DNA of 33,636 nt, taken from NCBI GenBank assembly GCA_017939945.1, contig JAGAZS010000139.1, positions 1-33,636 on the forward strand, read 5' to 3'. This stretch comes from Schwartzia sp. (in: firmicutes). Lineage in GTDB: Bacteria; Bacillota; Negativicutes; Selenomonadales; Selenomonadaceae. The notes under the pieces were generated by a model, which was not told where the DNA came from, did no database searches, and saw nothing but the letters and a program-made list of their open reading frames with translations. Positions 1-8,908 of the stretch are shown here, piece after piece. The first letter of the stretch is position 1. Every line of letters starts with the position of its first letter. Made by a program: the position numbers and the translations under genes.

Positions 1-735
1 GACGCCTTTTTCAACCTTTTCGCCTTTCGGCAGGCAATGAATCAGCTTCTCAAGATACCCCCGCTCCTCGATACGCTTCAGCGTCCACGAAAAATAAATA
101 TCATAGGCCCACATCAGACGAACCAGCTTCTTGTCGTCCTCGGTGCCGACCATCGTATAATCGCACTGCACGCCCTCGACAAACTTCTCAATGAAATTCG
201 GACTGACGCCGCTTCCGTCCTCAGACGGAAGGAAAGGTTCCAGTACATGATAAATGTCGAGTTTGTCGGCGTCCCGAAGCATCTTTGCGTAACCGAGATG
301 GCAGGCGTCGGGCGCCGAGCCGATTGCTTTTTTATTGTGCCGCTCGACAGCGAAACGAACAAGCGACTGCTCCCACGGCAACAGCCCGTCCAACAGCCGA
401 TACTCCTCCATCAGCTTCAGTCCCGCCGTCGCGTGATCCTCCGACAAATGATCCTTGAACGTCCGATAAACCGTGAACTGCCGGAAACGTCCCACGTCAT
501 GCAGAAGCCCCATGATTTCCGCCAACGCCACATCTTCTTCGTTCAACCCTAAGTGAATCGCCAATTCGCGAATGATTTTTTGCACGCGTCCCGTATGCGC
601 TTCCTTTAGCAGCATGGCATGCTGGATTTGTTCATCCTCGTTGTAATACGACTTCATATAGTCCCGCATCCAGTCCGCGTTTCGCGCAAGCACAGCCTGC
701 CGCGCCGCAAGACGGGAATTTTTATCCTCGCTCAA
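1..735 (-). CDS. HD-domain metal-dependent phosphohydrolase (3' end cut by window edge)
   Basis: Absent from the ORF track because it runs off the left edge. The minus frame is open from 735 to 1. My translation reads ...MLLKEAHTGRVQKII...IMGLLHDVGRFRQF...SEDHATAG...RDADKLDIYH, which carries the H..HD..D signature. SD GAGGGTGA lies upstream of TTG 733-735. An alternative ATG sits at 667-669. Confidence 0.75.
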   Translation of the reverse strand, partial: MSEDKNSRLAARQAVLARNADWMRDYMKSYYNEDEQIQHAMLLKEAHTGRVQKIIRELAIHLGLNEEDVALAEIMGLLHDVGRFRQFTVYRTFKDHLSEDHATAGLKLMEEYRLLDGLLPWEQSLVRFAVERHNKKAIGSAPDACHLGYAKMLRDADKLDIYHVLEPFLPSEDGSGVSPNFIEKFVEGVQCDYTMVGTEDDKKLVRLMWAYDIYFSWTLKRIEERGYLEKLIHCLPKGEKVEKGV

Positions 736-754
736 CCGCTCTCACCCTCTATGA

Positions 755-780
755 GAAAAAGCCGCCCACAATGAGGCGGC
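755..780 (-). terminator. Rho-independent terminator after the tRNA-Asn/tRNA-Glu pair
   Basis: On the minus strand: GCCGCC-tcattgtg-GGCGGC followed by TTTTTC. Confidence 0.6.
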
Positions 781-790
781 TCTGATTTCC

Positions 791-865
791 TGGTGACGCG
801 TACGGGATTCGAACCCATGAAACCGCCGTGAAAGGGCGGTGTCTTAACCACTTGACCAACGCGCC
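791..865 (-). tRNA. tRNA-Glu (anticodon UUC)
   Basis: The reverse complement is GGCGCGTTGGTCAAGTGGTTAAGACACCGCCCTTTCACGGCGGTTTCATGGGTTCGAATCCCGTACGCGTCACCA. It folds as a cloverleaf with a 7-bp acceptor stem, anticodon loop CTTTCAC, a GTTCGAATC T-loop and an encoded CCA. Confidence 0.9.
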
Positions 866-866
866 A

Positions 867-942
867 TGGCTCCTTGAGCAGGACTCGAACCTGCGACCGA
901 TCGGTTAACAGCCGATTGCTCTACCGACTGAGCTATCAAGGA
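867..942 (-). tRNA. tRNA-Asn (anticodon GUU), copy 1
   Basis: The reverse complement is TCCTTGATAGCTCAGTCGGTAGAGCAATCGGCTGTTAACCGATCGGTCGCAGGTTCGAGTCCTGCTCAAGGAGCCA. The anticodon loop is CTGTTAA and the CCA is encoded. Confidence 0.9.
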
Positions 943-974
943 ATCAAAGCGATGCTTGCTGCACCGCATGAAAT

Positions 975-1003
975 ATTATATGGTATCGCAGCCGAAAATG
1001 CAA
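975..1003 (-). promoter_or_regulatory. Sigma-A type promoter for the tRNA-Asn/tRNA-Glu unit
   Basis: On the minus strand: TTGCAT (1003-998), a 17-nt spacer, then TATAAT (980-975). Confidence 0.6.
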
Positions 1004-1011
1004 GAAAAACT

Positions 1012-2229
1012 TTACTCCTCGCCCATGTCCTTCCGCATGCAGCAATTCTTGTACTTCTTGCCGCTGCCGCAAGGGCAGGGATCGTTGCGGCCGACCTTCG
1101 CTTTTTTGCGGCGCGCCGCCTCGAAGGAAATGATTTCACCGCCTTCGGGGTCCAGCTTACCCGTGACGATTTCCGTCGGGGTGTGACCTTTGAGTTTCCA
1201 CATACGGAGCGACTGATGAAATCCGATCAGAAGCGGCGACAGCGCCTCCATATCCTTCTCGTTTTCCGGCTCGCCCAGTTTCTCGATATAGGCCAGGATA
1301 TCCTTCATCTCGCCGCCGTTCTGCAGAAGAATCGTAATCTGCCCGACGACCTCTGCCGCTCGCAGCACGTCCATTTTGTAAGCCGCCATGAAGAACTGCG
1401 CGAGTCCCTTGTATTCGTTTGTCGCCTCGATATAGTCTTCTTCGCCTGCATCGTAGACCTGCCCGTAGGACAGCTTCGCGAAGCCGACTCCGATTTTGTC
1501 CTGCGCCTCGAGGATCTTGCCCGGATCCATAACTGTGCAATAATACGCCACATGCTCAGAAGTACGGACGTTCCGCTGCCAGCACGAGCCGTTGAACATG
1601 ACCTTCATGAAATCGGAGAAGCTCAAATCCTCGGTACTGATCTCCAGATGCTGGCGCACTTTCGCAAAAAGGCGGTCGTAATCCATTACGCCGTAATAGA
1701 ACAGCAACCCCGCCGCAACGCGGAAAACGTCGTTATTCAACTCGACGGCCTTCCGGAACGCTTGGTTCTGGTCAAGCTGCCGGAATTCCTCCATGATCTC
1801 CTTAGGCATATACCAAGCGAGTTCGCCCTTGTACGCGCCGCATACCATAAGACCGAGGCTCTGGAAATAATCAAGACGCGACTCGTCCGCACGGAATTCC
1901 GAAGAAATCCCCTTCTTTGCATCCAAATGACGGAACGCCTGATACTGCTCGTCGAGAAGCGAGACAAACCATGTACGGGAAAATTCCACAATTGCCGGAA
2001 CGAGTTTTTCAATCAGTTCCGCTTTGTTCATGCTACTGGTTCCCGACAGGCCGACATTGTAGCGGATATCGTCGAGTTCCTGCCGCGTCATGGTTGCCAG
2101 CGCGTTTTTCAGCGTCCGACGCGTCGGAACCTCCCGCTTCATCAGCTGCTTTTTGCGCTTTTCCGCTTCCTCCTGCATCTGCTTTTGCAGTTCCTCCAAC
2201 CGCTGCTTCGCCGTTTTCTCAAGTTCCAT
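1012..2229 (-). CDS. SEC-C motif ([13 protein letters not shown]) domain protein, function unknown
   Basis: 405-aa ORF. The C-terminus [18 protein letters not shown] is the SecA-type zinc-binding SEC-C motif. The N-terminus is a charged coiled-coil-like segment. SD AGGAAGGA lies upstream of the ATG. The 459-aa plus ORF 874-2253 is its antisense shadow. Confidence 0.85.
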   Translation of the reverse strand: MELEKTAKQRLEELQKQMQEEAEKRKKQLMKREVPTRRTLKNALATMTRQELDDIRYNVGLSGTSSMNKAELIEKLVPAIVEFSRTWFVSLLDEQYQAFRHLDAKKGISSEFRADESRLDYFQSLGLMVCGAYKGELAWYMPKEIMEEFRQLDQNQAFRKAVELNNDVFRVAAGLLFYYGVMDYDRLFAKVRQHLEISTEDLSFSDFMKVMFNGSCWQRNVRTSEHVAYYCTVMDPGKILEAQDKIGVGFAKLSYGQVYDAGEEDYIEATNEYKGLAQFFMAAYKMDVLRAAEVVGQITILLQNGGEMKDILAYIEKLGEPENEKDMEALSPLLIGFHQSLRMWKLKGHTPTEIVTGKLDPEGGEIISFEAARRKKAKVGRNDPCPCGSGKKYKNCCMRKDMGEE

Positions 2230-2377
2230 AAAGCATTTTCCTTCCTAAACTAGTTTTATTAAAGTTATGTCGAACAACCTCATCCACCGCTATCGCGGTC
2301 TCCGAAACAGTCCACTGGACTGTTTCGCCCCAAAGGGAAAGGCAATGTAGCTAAATATATGTAAGGCTATATACTAT

Positions 2378-3667
2378 TCACTCCCCGAAGAAATCAGAGA
2401 TTCCTTTTACGATGCCGATAGCGGCCTTTTGCACGCCCTTCTTTGAGGTCAGGAGTTTTTCCTCCTTCGGGTTCGAGACAAATGCCACCTCAATCAGCGT
2501 CGCAGGCATTTTCGTATGCCGGACGACGTAAAATTTGCACGTCCTGACGCCCCGGCTCGTAGTCTTGAGCTGTGAGACGAGATTCGACTGGATCGCGGTT
2601 GCCAGCCTTTTGCTCGCCGCCGAGCCTTTTACATAGTAATATCCGGTCGTCCCGGAAGCCTCGCGGCTCGTGAAGGAATCCATGTGGATCGAAACGAAAA
2701 TATCCGCTTTCGCCTTGTTCGCCACATCACAGCGCGCCTGCAGCTCGTCGACGTCCGTCGCCTGCCGGTGCTTCGGCGAAACCTCCGTGTCCGTTGTGCG
2801 CGTCATGATGACTTTCGCGCCCGCCTCCTTGAGCATCTTCTCGACTTCCTTCGCAATCTGGAGCGTGATGCTCTTTTCCGTGACGCCTGTCGGGCCGATA
2901 GCTCCGGAGTCTTCGCCGCCGTGCCCGGGATCGATTACGATTTTTTTGCCCTTGACGCCCGGAGAAAACTTGATTTCCTCCGAAAGCTCCTCCACATCGT
3001 CTTCCGGCTTTTTCTCCTCGCCCAGCTTCTCCTTGCTGCCGTCTTCCTTACCCGATTTATCCTCCTTGTCGTCCTTGCCTGTCGTTTCCGAAAGTTGCGG
3101 TTTTGGTTTTTCAGTTTCCGGTCCTTGCGTTTCCGGCTTTTTCGGCGTTTCCGTTGTGTCTGTCGGCGGCCCGTCGGGTTCCGAACCTATCCTGTCATCA
3201 GCGATTGTCCCTCCGTGGGAATCATCTTTCGCCCTGCCTACCTTTCCGAAATCCATCACGACCCGGTACGGGATTTCCCCGCCCTCGATGGAGAACACAT
3301 CGTACTGCCCCTTGCCCATCGTCGTCTCTACGACGACGCGGACCGTATTTTCATTAAACTGCGCAACACGCACCTTGCTCGCAAACCGGCTTTCAATTAT
3401 CGTCTCCCGCGCGACATTCGGGCTGAGCCACGCGCCGTGCAGGTCGACGACTACACGCGACGGATTGGCCAGCACCATCACCGAATAATCGACTTCCTTG
3501 TTCGCGTCCAACACGATCCGAAGCCGCTCCATCGAGCCGGCCATGCGCACCGCCGTAATCCCTGCGAGCTTTGCCGCCTTTTCGCTGAACGGCGTAGGCG
3601 CCGCCGCCGCGAAAGAAGGCGCCATCGTCCCAAGCAGGAACAGCAACAAAAATAGTATCCGAACCAT
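2378..3667 (-). CDS. N-acetylmuramoyl-L-alanine amidase (AmiC-like): signal peptide, AMIN domain, low-complexity linker, Amidase_3 domain
   Basis: The C-terminal domain reads IVIDPGHGGEDSGAIG...ADIFVSIHMDSF...ATLIEVAFVSNP, which fits Amidase_3. The N-terminal segment LRIVLDANKEVDY...VVVDLHGAWL is AMIN-like. I set the start at MVRILFLLLFLL (ATG 3665-3667), which has a GGAGG 5 nt upstream. The longer track start has no SD. Confidence 0.9.
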   Translation of the reverse strand: MVRILFLLLFLLGTMAPSFAAAAPTPFSEKAAKLAGITAVRMAGSMERLRIVLDANKEVDYSVMVLANPSRVVVDLHGAWLSPNVARETIIESRFASKVRVAQFNENTVRVVVETTMGKGQYDVFSIEGGEIPYRVVMDFGKVGRAKDDSHGGTIADDRIGSEPDGPPTDTTETPKKPETQGPETEKPKPQLSETTGKDDKEDKSGKEDGSKEKLGEEKKPEDDVEELSEEIKFSPGVKGKKIVIDPGHGGEDSGAIGPTGVTEKSITLQIAKEVEKMLKEAGAKVIMTRTTDTEVSPKHRQATDVDELQARCDVANKAKADIFVSIHMDSFTSREASGTTGYYYVKGSAASKRLATAIQSNLVSQLKTTSRGVRTCKFYVVRHTKMPATLIEVAFVSNPKEEKLLTSKKGVQKAAIGIVKGISDFFGE

Positions 3668-3761
3668 CAAAACCTCCGAGACAAACAGAAACCAATAAAA
3701 TATACACAAAAAATCCAATGTTTCGCAATGATTTATTATTCTACATCAAATCTGCACAAAA

Positions 3762-3795
3762 GAAAAGCGCGGCATAACATTCTCCGCGCTTTTTC
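3762..3795 (-). terminator. Terminator downstream of gltX
   Basis: On the minus strand: GCGCGG-agaatgttat-GCCGCGC followed by TTTTCTTTTG. Confidence 0.6.
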
Positions 3796-3840
3796 GTTCT
3801 ATTATGTTTGTTGCCGACGAAACCTCCGCCCGCAAACCGT

Positions 3841-5286
3841 TTACCGGACCAGAGCAATCGCCTTGTCGATGCGTTTCAAGGATTCCTCCCGCCCCAGCAA
3901 ATACAAAAGCTCGGTGACACCGCCGGGCGTAACCTTCTGTCCGGAAAGCGCAATCCGAAGCGGCCACATGACCGTTCCGAGCTTGCAGCCGCTCGCGTCG
4001 ATATATCCGTGCAACGCGGCGTCGATTGATTCCGGCGTCCAGTCGGCAATACCGGATAGCGCATCCTTTGCCGCCGGCAAAATTTCCGTGGCAAGCTCCG
4101 GCGTCACTTTGTTTCTCTTATTCCGGAAAAATTCGACGTCGTACTCCGGCAGCACGCGGAAGAAGGCAATCATATCCGGTATCTCGCCCAGACGCGCGAC
4201 ACGCGTGCGAAGAATCGCGGCAAGATACGTCCATTTTTCCTTTACTTCGCCCGTCAGCTCGCCCGCAAAGGGCAGCGCAAGAGCCGCAAATTTCTCGTCG
4301 CTCATGGCTTTGCAATATTCGCCGTTGAACCAGTCGAGCTTCGCGTAATCGAAAACAGCGGGCGACTTGCTCAACCCTTCAAGGGAAAAAACCTTCGCCA
4401 TTTCCTCCATCGAGAAAATTTCCTGCTCCGATTTCGGGCTCCAGCCGAGAAGCGCAACGTAATTCGTGATTGCCTCCGGCAAATAGCCGGCCGCAACGAG
4501 CTCGGCAAAACTGGTCGCGCCGTGGCGCTTCGACAGTTTCGAGACGGAACCGTCCTCATTCTTCCCCATGACCGGCGCAAGATGCACAAAAACCGGCGGC
4601 TCCCATCCAAACGCCTGATAAAGCTGCACATGCTTCGGCGTCGAGGTGATGAATTCCGTGCCGCGAATCACATGGGAAATGCGCATCAAGTGGTCGTCGA
4701 TGACATTGGCGAAATTGTAAGTCGGCATCCCGTCGCGCTTCAGCAAGACCTGATCCTCAAGCTCGCTGTTCTCAATCGTGATATTTCCATGCACCACGTC
4801 GAAAAAAGTCGTCGTGCCGGTCAGCGGCATTTTCTGGCGGATGACGTAAGGATCGCCGTTCTTCAGATGTCGCTCGACTGCGTCCGGCGCGAGGTCACGG
4901 CAATGGCGCCCATAACCGCCGAATGCCTTTTCCTCGCCGTCCTTCGCATCCTCATGGGAACAAAAGCAACGATAAGCGAAGCCTTTTTCAATAAGCTCCT
5001 CCGCGTATTTTTTGTAAATATCCATGCGCTCGCTCTGGACATACGGACCGCAGTCGCCGCCGATGTCCGGTCCCTCGTCGGGGACGATATGTGCCGCTGC
5101 CAACGTGTCCTGAATGAACTTCACCGCGTCGGCGACATAGCGAGCACGATCCGTGTCCTCGATGCGGAGCAGGAAGTCTCCGGCCTTCGCCTTTGCGAAA
5201 AGATATGCGTAGAGCGCCGTGCGCAAATTCCCGATGTGCATATACCCCGTCGGGCTGGGAGCAAAGCGTGTGCGTACTTTATTCAA
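3841..5286 (-). CDS. gltX: Glutamate--tRNA ligase
   Basis: Contains VRTRFAPSPTGYMHIGNLRTALY (HIGH region) and KLSKRHGA (KMSKS-like). I moved the start to TTG 5284-5286, giving MNKVRTRFAPSPTG, because the track start TTGGAGGG is itself the SD (GGAGGG, 7-nt spacer). Confidence 0.95.
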   Translation of the reverse strand: MNKVRTRFAPSPTGYMHIGNLRTALYAYLFAKAKAGDFLLRIEDTDRARYVADAVKFIQDTLAAAHIVPDEGPDIGGDCGPYVQSERMDIYKKYAEELIEKGFAYRCFCSHEDAKDGEEKAFGGYGRHCRDLAPDAVERHLKNGDPYVIRQKMPLTGTTTFFDVVHGNITIENSELEDQVLLKRDGMPTYNFANVIDDHLMRISHVIRGTEFITSTPKHVQLYQAFGWEPPVFVHLAPVMGKNEDGSVSKLSKRHGATSFAELVAAGYLPEAITNYVALLGWSPKSEQEIFSMEEMAKVFSLEGLSKSPAVFDYAKLDWFNGEYCKAMSDEKFAALALPFAGELTGEVKEKWTYLAAILRTRVARLGEIPDMIAFFRVLPEYDVEFFRNKRNKVTPELATEILPAAKDALSGIADWTPESIDAALHGYIDASGCKLGTVMWPLRIALSGQKVTPGGVTELLYLLGREESLKRIDKAIALVR

Positions 5287-5366
5287 GATAAAACCCTCCA
5301 AAATTGTAAAAAACTGAACGGCATTATTTTACACCAACAGGCTTCGACGAACAAGAACAAATGAAA

Positions 5367-6212
5367 TCAATTCATCAGCTTGTTAGCGATAGCGGCAAAT
5401 TCCTCCAAGGATAGCGTCTCGCCCCTTCGCGTGGAGTCAATGCCTGCGCCGAGAAGCGCGTCCTCAATCTGTGCCTTTGAAAAGCCTAACGGTTTCAGCG
5501 CATTGGAAAGCGTTTTTCGTCTTTGCCCGAAGGAAGCTTTAACCACGCGGAAGAACAGCTTTTCATCTTGTACCGCAACGGCTGGCGTCTGTCTAACCGT
5601 GCAGGCAATGACCGCTGAATCTACTTCCGGCGCGGGAAAAAAGCATGAGGGGGGGACATCCAGAACGATTTCCGGTTCCGTGTGGTACTGCACCGCCACG
5701 GAGAGCGCGCCGTAATCTTTCCCGCCGGGGCGTGCCGTCATTCGCTCGGCGACCTCCTTCTGCACCATCGTGACGATATGCGTTATCGGAAGGCTTTGCT
5801 CCAAAAGCGAGAGCAGGATCGGCGTCGTAATATAATAGGGAAGATTTGCGGCGACCTTGAACGGCTGATCGCCCATCAACGCCGGAATATCCGTTTTCAG
5901 GATATCTCCCTGCACGACCTTCAAGTGCTCGTACCCCCGCAGGGTTTCCGCTAATACGGCGGGCAATTTTTTGTCAAGCTCCACCGCTGTTACTTCTGCG
6001 CCAGCCTCGAGGAGCCCCTGCGTCAATGTCCCGATGCCCGGCCCGATTTCCAACACCCTGTCGCCATTTTCTATTTCCGCCGCCTCGACAACGGCACGCA
6101 CGACGCCCGGGGAAATCAGGAAATTTTGCCCGAGCCGCCGGGAAGCGTGCAAATCAAACGCCCTCAATATATGCTTTGTCACGCCCTTGTCGGCAATCTG
6201 CGGCGTCAGCAT
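5367..6212 (-). CDS. rsmA: 16S rRNA (adenine1518/1519-N6)-dimethyltransferase
   Basis: Contains RRLGQNFLISPGVV and VLEIGPGIGTLT (SAM motif), at KsgA length. The ATG overlaps the rnmV stop (ATGCTGA). Confidence 0.95.
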   Translation of the reverse strand: MLTPQIADKGVTKHILRAFDLHASRRLGQNFLISPGVVRAVVEAAEIENGDRVLEIGPGIGTLTQGLLEAGAEVTAVELDKKLPAVLAETLRGYEHLKVVQGDILKTDIPALMGDQPFKVAANLPYYITTPILLSLLEQSLPITHIVTMVQKEVAERMTARPGGKDYGALSVAVQYHTEPEIVLDVPPSCFFPAPEVDSAVIACTVRQTPAVAVQDEKLFFRVVKASFGQRRKTLSNALKPLGFSKAQIEDALLGAGIDSTRRGETLSLEEFAAIANKLMN

Positions 6213-6757
6213 CCGTTTTCCTCCCTATCCAGTTCCGCAAGCGCAGCGAAATATTCCTCCCGCGTCACGCCGTAATGGTTGAGCCGTTTCAAAAACGTCT
6301 TGGCATTCGCACAGCCGACGCCAAGCTTCGCGCCGAGACGTGCGCGTCGTTCCGACGCCATTACGCCGCCCGAAAGCCCCGCCGAAATCAAATCTGCCGA
6401 ATTGAACCGCTCGACAGGGTGCCAATCCAGCGTCCGCACTTTTTCCAGCGCAGAGCGGATTGCCTCCGGCGAAGCCTGCTCCACGCCGATATCATCGTTT
6501 GCCGTGGCGTCTTCTTGCGGAACAAAAGCATGCTTTGCTTCCGGAAATTTTTTCGACAAAAAACGCCGAATGCGTTCACCCGCCGGATCTGGATCGGTCA
6601 AGATAATAATGCCGCGACGTTTGTAAGCGTCGCCGATATTCGCCAATGTCTTCGGCGAAAGTCTGAAGCCGTCTGTGATGATACAGTCCGCCTCCACCGC
6701 GCGCCCGACCGCCAGAACGTCCATTTTCCCCTCGACGACGAGAACTTCTTTAACCAT
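6206..6757 (-). CDS. rnmV: Ribonuclease M5 (Toprim domain)
   Basis: Reads MVKEVLVVEGKMDVLAVGRAV...IIILTDPDPAGERIR, which is Toprim/RNase M5 at about 183 aa. The start ATG 6755-6757 overlaps the tmk stop (ATGGTTAA). The 260-aa track ORF is an unsupported 5' extension running into tmk. Confidence 0.9.
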   Translation of the reverse strand: MVKEVLVVEGKMDVLAVGRAVEADCIITDGFRLSPKTLANIGDAYKRRGIIILTDPDPAGERIRRFLSKKFPEAKHAFVPQEDATANDDIGVEQASPEAIRSALEKVRTLDWHPVERFNSADLISAGLSGGVMASERRARLGAKLGVGCANAKTFLKRLNHYGVTREEYFAALAELDREENGC

Positions 6758-7448
6758 GAACGTCCGTCTCCTCCGCGCCGAGAACGGGAAGCGCCGCCCG
6801 ATAAACGTCGTCGGCAATATCCTCTGGTTTTCTGGGCGTCGCTCCCTTGCCGCAGGCGATACGCGTCCAGCCGAACAGCCTTGCCGCTTCCGCATAGGCT
6901 TCGTGGACGCGATGCAGATAATTTTTATCCTTTTCATGGATGTCTGCCGTACCTGCTTCTTTCGCCCTCGCCGCGAGCAGACGGTCACTGGCTTCCGGCG
7001 GCATATCGAGAAACACTACGAGATCGGGGCGCGGCAGGCCGAGTCGTATATACTCAAAATCCTCCAGCCACGAAAAATATTCGCGCCGAGCTTTCTCATT
7101 ATCAAGCTTGACCGCCTGATGAGCGAGATTTGAGGTCGTATATCGATCCGAGAGAATCACGCCGCCCCTTCGATACGCCTCGCCCCATTTCCTATGAAAC
7201 GATGCGTAGCGGTCCACCGCAAAAAAAGCCGACGCCGCATAAGCGTCCACGTCCGCCGCCTGCGCCCCGAAATCGCCCCGCAAATACATCTTGACCAACG
7301 CTGAGGAATCCGATTCGTAATCCGGAAACGAGACACGCGTCACATTGCGCCCTTCCGATAAAAGCCTCTCGTAAAGAAGACGAGTCTGCGTTTCCTTGCC
7401 CGAGGCGTCTCCCGCCTCCAGAATTATCAGTTTTCCCTTCTTTTCCAT
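6750..7448 (-). CDS. tmk: dTMP (thymidylate) kinase
   Basis: Reads KLIILEAGDASGKETQ (P-loop variant) and FPDYESDSSALVKMYLRGDFG. The start ATG 7446-7448 follows a GGGGGA SD. Confidence 0.85.
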   Translation of the reverse strand: MEKKGKLIILEAGDASGKETQTRLLYERLLSEGRNVTRVSFPDYESDSSALVKMYLRGDFGAQAADVDAYAASAFFAVDRYASFHRKWGEAYRRGGVILSDRYTTSNLAHQAVKLDNEKARREYFSWLEDFEYIRLGLPRPDLVVFLDMPPEASDRLLAARAKEAGTADIHEKDKNYLHRVHEAYAEAARLFGWTRIACGKGATPRKPEDIADDVYRAALPVLGAEETDVHG

Positions 7449-7456
7449 GCTTCCCC

Positions 7457-8908
7457 CTATTTCACGACGCAAATTGTTGAAAGCGATACATCCTGCGCCC
7501 CCGTCACTTTCATCCCCATGCGCGACATTTCACGCAAATATCCGACGGCTTCCTCTGTGATCTGTTCTCCCGGCGCGATTGCAGGAATCCCTGGCGGATA
7601 AAACGTAATCTCTTCCGCCGCGATTCGCCCCACCGATTGCGCAAGCGGCAACCTCTCCCTTGCCGCGTAAAACGTTTCTCTCGGAGAAAGGATTGTCTTC
7701 AGATTCGGCGGCGAAGAAACGGACAGAAGCGACGCTGAATCTTTGCCTGCGTTTTCCGCCGAAAGTTCCTTCAACGCCTCAAAAAGCCGCTCCGTTTCCC
7801 GTTCCGTATCCGCAACCGAAATAATAAAAAGCACGTTCCTTGCGTCCGCGAGCTCTGCCTGTATATTCTTTTTCCGCAAAAACCGCATGGCTTCTTCGCC
7901 GGACAACCCCAGCCCCGACACATTGACCGTCAGCTTCGTCAAGTCAAGCGCCGCCGCGCCGGGACGCCCCATGCGCTCCCTGCCGAAGCACCAAAGCCCC
8001 GGCAAGGTGTTCACCGCATCGCGAAGCTCCTCCGAAAGACGCACCGCACGGGCAACAAGCGCGTTTCCTTCTTCCTCCATCTGAAGCCGGGCGATATCAA
8101 GCGACGCCATCAAAAGATAATTCGGACTTGTGGTTGTAAGCAGAGATGCCGTACGGCGCACACGTTCCTCCGGAACTCGTGCCCCTTTTCGGAAAAGCAT
8201 CGACGCCTGCGTCATTGCGCCGAGCAGCTTATGCGTGCTTTGCGCGACAAGATCCGCACCGCAGGAAAGTGCGTCGGAAGGAAGCTCGTCCGAAAAACGC
8301 AAATGTGCGCCATGCGCTTCATCCACGAGCAGCGGCACGCCTTTTTCATGCGCCGCCTCGGCAATCCCGCGAAGCTCAGACGCCACACCGTAATATGTCG
8401 GATAAACCGCGAAAACTGCCTTCGCCCTCGGATGCTCCGATAACGCCTGCCGCACCGCTCCCGTCGTCACCCCGTGAGCAATGCCGAGCACCTCGTCCTG
8501 CTCCGGAAAAATATAGACAGGCCGAGCTCCCGACAGCACAAGTCCGCCGAGAACGGATCGATGCGCGTTGCGGGGAATGATTACCTCATCACCCGGCGAT
8601 AATGCCGCCATCAGCATTATGTGGATTGCTTCCGTCGTACCGTTCACTATGAAGAAAGCGTCGTCGGCGCCCCAGAGCCGCGCCGCCAGCCGCTGGGCTT
8701 CTTTCAAGCATCCCTCCGGACGGTGCAGGTCGTCCAGCTCCTCCGCCAGCGAAACCTCTTCGTGCAGTCCTTCCTCCGTCACCAATGCGCGCAGCAACGG
8801 ATGCGCCCCAAGTCCCTGCTTATGTCCCGGCGTATGAAAAGCAAGAGCGCCGCTCGCCGCGTACGCTTTCATCGCCGCCGCCAGTGGCGCCCTATTTGCG
8901 TCGTTCAT
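7457..8908 (-). CDS. PLP-dependent Orn/Lys/Arg decarboxylase family protein (YaaO/SpeA-like)
   Basis: Contains FHTPGHKQG, IVNGTTEAI and the STHKLLGAMTQASM PLP-lysine motif, at 483 aa. The ATG overlaps the stop of the upstream kinase (ATGA). Confidence 0.85.
   Translation of the reverse strand: MNDANRAPLAAAMKAYAASGALAFHTPGHKQGLGAHPLLRALVTEEGLHEEVSLAEELDDLHRPEGCLKEAQRLAARLWGADDAFFIVNGTTEAIHIMLMAALSPGDEVIIPRNAHRSVLGGLVLSGARPVYIFPEQDEVLGIAHGVTTGAVRQALSEHPRAKAVFAVYPTYYGVASELRGIAEAAHEKGVPLLVDEAHGAHLRFSDELPSDALSCGADLVAQSTHKLLGAMTQASMLFRKGARVPEERVRRTASLLTTTSPNYLLMASLDIARLQMEEEGNALVARAVRLSEELRDAVNTLPGLWCFGRERMGRPGAAALDLTKLTVNVSGLGLSGEEAMRFLRKKNIQAELADARNVLFIISVADTERETERLFEALKELSAENAGKDSASLLSVSSPPNLKTILSPRETFYAARERLPLAQSVGRIAAEEITFYPPGIPAIAPGEQITEEAVGYLREMSRMGMKVTGAQDVSLSTICVVK

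Noticed and set aside
874-2253. Long plus-strand ORFs (874-2253 459 aa; 2684-3655; 4522-5364; 6026-7111; 9208-9795; 13097-13882; 13967-14884; 20036-20647; 31616-32341; 32545-33303 and similar).
   Set aside because: Each lies exactly antisense to a minus-strand gene with clear family signatures. They are Arg/Leu/His-rich with no SD, and the first one even runs through the tRNA-Asn gene. These are typical shadow ORFs in GC-biased coding DNA.
5287-5366. Looked for T-box or other long leaders upstream of gltX (5287-5366) and ilvA (17127-17296), and for a c-di-AMP (ydaO-type) riboswitch upstream of the amidase, NlpC/P60 and L,D-transpeptidase-like genes.
   Set aside because: The spacers are too short (about 30-170 nt). 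They lack specifier/T-box or ydaO-like conserved segments that I can recognise by eye, so I make no call.
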